A program made the translations under genes and the position numbers. The notes under the pieces are model-generated. The model was not told where the DNA came from. It did no database searches and saw nothing but the letters and a program-made list of their open reading frames with translations. A DNA stretch of 64,000 bases from the IMG/VR virus record IMGVR_UViG_3300036832_001138, positions 9,078 to 73,077 of that record; one strand, given 5' to 3'. Source of the DNA: a virus. Shown one piece after another: positions 61,295 to 64,000 of the stretch (the stretch's first letter is position 1; every line of letters starts with the position of its first letter).

Positions 61295-64000
61295 TGCTCG
61301 ATCGCCTGCCGGTGTCGGCGTTTCCATTGATCCTCGATCATGATCACAGCGGCGCGGATTTCTTCGTCGTCGCGGCGTTCCTCGCGTGCCAATGTCAATC
61401 CCCACACCACGCGGCGCACATGAAAGCCGTAGCGCTGCCGCTTGCCGAGCGCCCATGCGGCTGAATTGTGGGCCGGGCGCATCATGGCATTTGCTCTCGA
61501 TATTTGCGTAGCAGTTGAACACCGAATTGCACCAAAGCTTCTTTTTCCACCGCCGGGAGCCATGGAAAGCGCCGTAGAACAAGCGTGTGCACAAAAGCTC
61601 TGAGTTCTTCGTCTCGCATCATAGCAACGGCCCGTCGGTATATCCCCACGGCGAGCCGTTGACCGTGACAAGGTGAGTGTCCCATTTGATGCGGTCATCG
61701 TAAAAATACGGCTCGATCTTGGTGTTTTGCAGCGTCGGCAATTCGTCGCGCGGATACCAATCCGGAGCAGACTTGCGCATGTGCTCGATCAATTGCGCGC
61801 GCGAATCGATCTCGACCACTTCGTGCATATTGAGCGAGCCGCGGTGCGGACGATATTTGGTCATCGCTCTTGCCGCCCTTCGGTGCGCCCGAGTGCACGC
61901 CCATGCGCGAAGCCATCGTTATATGCCTTGGTGTGCGCGTCGCCCGTGCCACGCCAGCGGCCGAGCCAATACGCGCCCCAACATGTTGCCAGCGCGAGCG
62001 CGAAGCTCGCCACAAACCACAAATGGTTTTCGGTCATCGTGCCATGGCGGCAGCCTTGCGCGCACGCGCCAGCATCCCGCCGAACGTCCAATCTTTTATG
62101 CCATCACCGATGGCAATCTTATTGAAGTGCTCCGGTAGACGGCGCATGTCGTGCAAATGCATTCCGCGTCCGGGCTCTATGATCATCTCGCCATAATGCG
62201 TTTCGTCCACATACATTCGCCGACCAAACTTCTCGCTGAAATATTGCGAGAGCCCGCAATCCAAGCACTCCGGATATTCGTATCTCTCTTTCTTCGGTTT
62301 GGTTTCGAGGTACGCGATCAGCGAGTAAATCGATTCGGCGTCTTTGCGGATATCAAGCAGCATGGTTCATTCCTCCATTTTTGTGTGGATCATCTAAAGC
62401 CTTCAATGAATCGCCGCACGAATTCGCTATCCCCATTTGCCGCAGCCACGATGCCGATCATGCTCAATTCTGGCTGCACCGACTTTTCGGTTTCCGGATT
62501 TTTACCCAAATCAGATAGTATCGAAGCGACCGCATCGCCGAGAGCGCCAGCGTCGAGATATTCGCGCGCGCGCTTTTTGCACCATTCCAGATATTCGGCT
62601 CGCGTCATGGCGGATATCTCAATGCGCAATCGGCAGTGTGCCATTCGCCGTTCGGCCCGCCGCCGCAGGTCGAGCAGCGCTGATCGTGCGGGCGCTGATT
62701 CGGTCGCCACGAGCGCGGATCGACGCGATGATTGGTGGCGGTATTGACGAAGCTTGCGCGCTTGGAATCGTAGCGGCAAGAAAAGATCATGCCCTGCCGT
62801 GTGCGCGCCTCGAATGTCGTGCCGTCGCGCGGTGCGAACAGGATCGGCTGGAATTGATCAGTCATCATCCTTGCCCATAGCTCGTTGCGGATAGCTCGTG
62901 CGACGGACGACGGTTTGCGTGCCGTCATCGTCGGCTCGATTAGAACGCCACGGTAAATCACCGGACGATCGAAAAGCGTTGTGCGTTGATCGCTGGTCAT
63001 CATCATTATCCAATTGCGGATAGCTCGCGCGATCCCAACGGGACGTTGAACGACATTCGATTGCCTGCGACCATGTTTGCGGGATGCGTGAAAATAACCG
63101 CGCCACATGTGAGGCCCGCGGTGTCCCACAATTCCCAACTCGTGACCTTGGCCGTGCATGGCGCGATGCCTTCGCCGTTGAGCATCGTTGATTGTCGTTG
63201 CGAACCATCACACCAAACAGAATGTGCAGGCACGAGCGGCATGCGCGCGACTTCTTTGCCGTAGGACTTCAATACCGCTTCCCAAACCGGTGCGCGCGCG
63301 ACAATCAGCGGCGGACGCTTGACCGGCATCAGATGCCCGTAAGCGATGACGGCAGGCGCGGAGATCGTGCCAGTGACAAACCATCGCCGTGAGACTTTCA
63401 TTTAGAACCTCCGCAGCATATCATCGAAGACGATGACCAACGTTGCGGCCTCGACTCAGTATCGGTCATTTGTGAAAGCCTTTTGCACAAGCGGCGGCTC
63501 GCAGGTGCTCGCCCGAGCCGAACTGCGAGGCCGCCGCCCGCGCGATCGCACCATGGGGACCAACCTTTTGGGGCAACCGCACAGCCAAGTTTTGACCATT
63601 GGCCCCCGGATTGCAAGCCCGAAAAAATCACCGTCCAAAGGTTTTATTGGCCGACCAATGCCCGCATCACTCGATACGACATCCGCAAGCGGGCGCGCTC
63701 CAGTCTTTCGGATAGCGGAAACAAGCGCGACCATCGCACCATCCGCAACCATATCGCGATCAACAGCGCCCGCAAACTTATTGCTCTAAGTTGTCTTCGA
63801 ACCGAAGACGGACTCGGTTTTCATTTGTTGTATTAGGTTGCACCGCAGGGGCCGCTTGCTTCAAGACGAAGGTCCGCCCATCGGCAAGCTCTGCAACACC
63901 GTCGCGCTTCTCGAACGGATCAAACGGCGCGTCCGGCCACATGCACAAATATCTCTGATCAAGCTTTGTGATATCGGCCATCACGAGAGCCCGCTAGCCG

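Noticed and set aside
1-64000. tRNA, rRNA, integrase, reverse transcriptase/DGR
   Set aside because: None recognised by eye; tRNAscan and HMM searches were not run

Overview
64 kb of a GC-rich tailed-phage genome with a Mu-like contractile tail. GapR, DUF3309 and VPGPIVGAG-CTERM genes point to an alphaproteobacterial, probably Bradyrhizobium-like, host (inference). 1-8.6 kb (+) holds baseplate, tail-fibre and lysis genes. 8.6-38.5 kb (-) holds many small accessory genes, an AAA ATPase cassette cluster and RecT/YqaJ. 38.7-43.8 kb (+) holds GapR, a DNA methyltransferase, a RuvC-like gene and a primase-helicase. 43.7-64 kb (-) is again mostly accessory genes. The main finding is an RNA-guided TIGR-Tas-like locus: a nuclease-less Nop/IS110-like protein (43656-44570) lies downstream of two stem-loop dual-spacer arrays (22 + 10 units, each stem-CA-N9-TGAACTCCA-N9-T-stem). 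The arrays alternate two different stems, flank an unknown 223-aa gene, and have their own promoter. Four more guide units lie elsewhere in the window (1243, 5787 and a pair at 58316). Also notable: an 8-copy structured ~95-nt intergenic element in front of successive early genes, a palindromic operator inside several promoters including the array promoter, and three phage-encoded PEP-CTERM-like surface proteins. All calls were made by eye from motifs; no database search was run.
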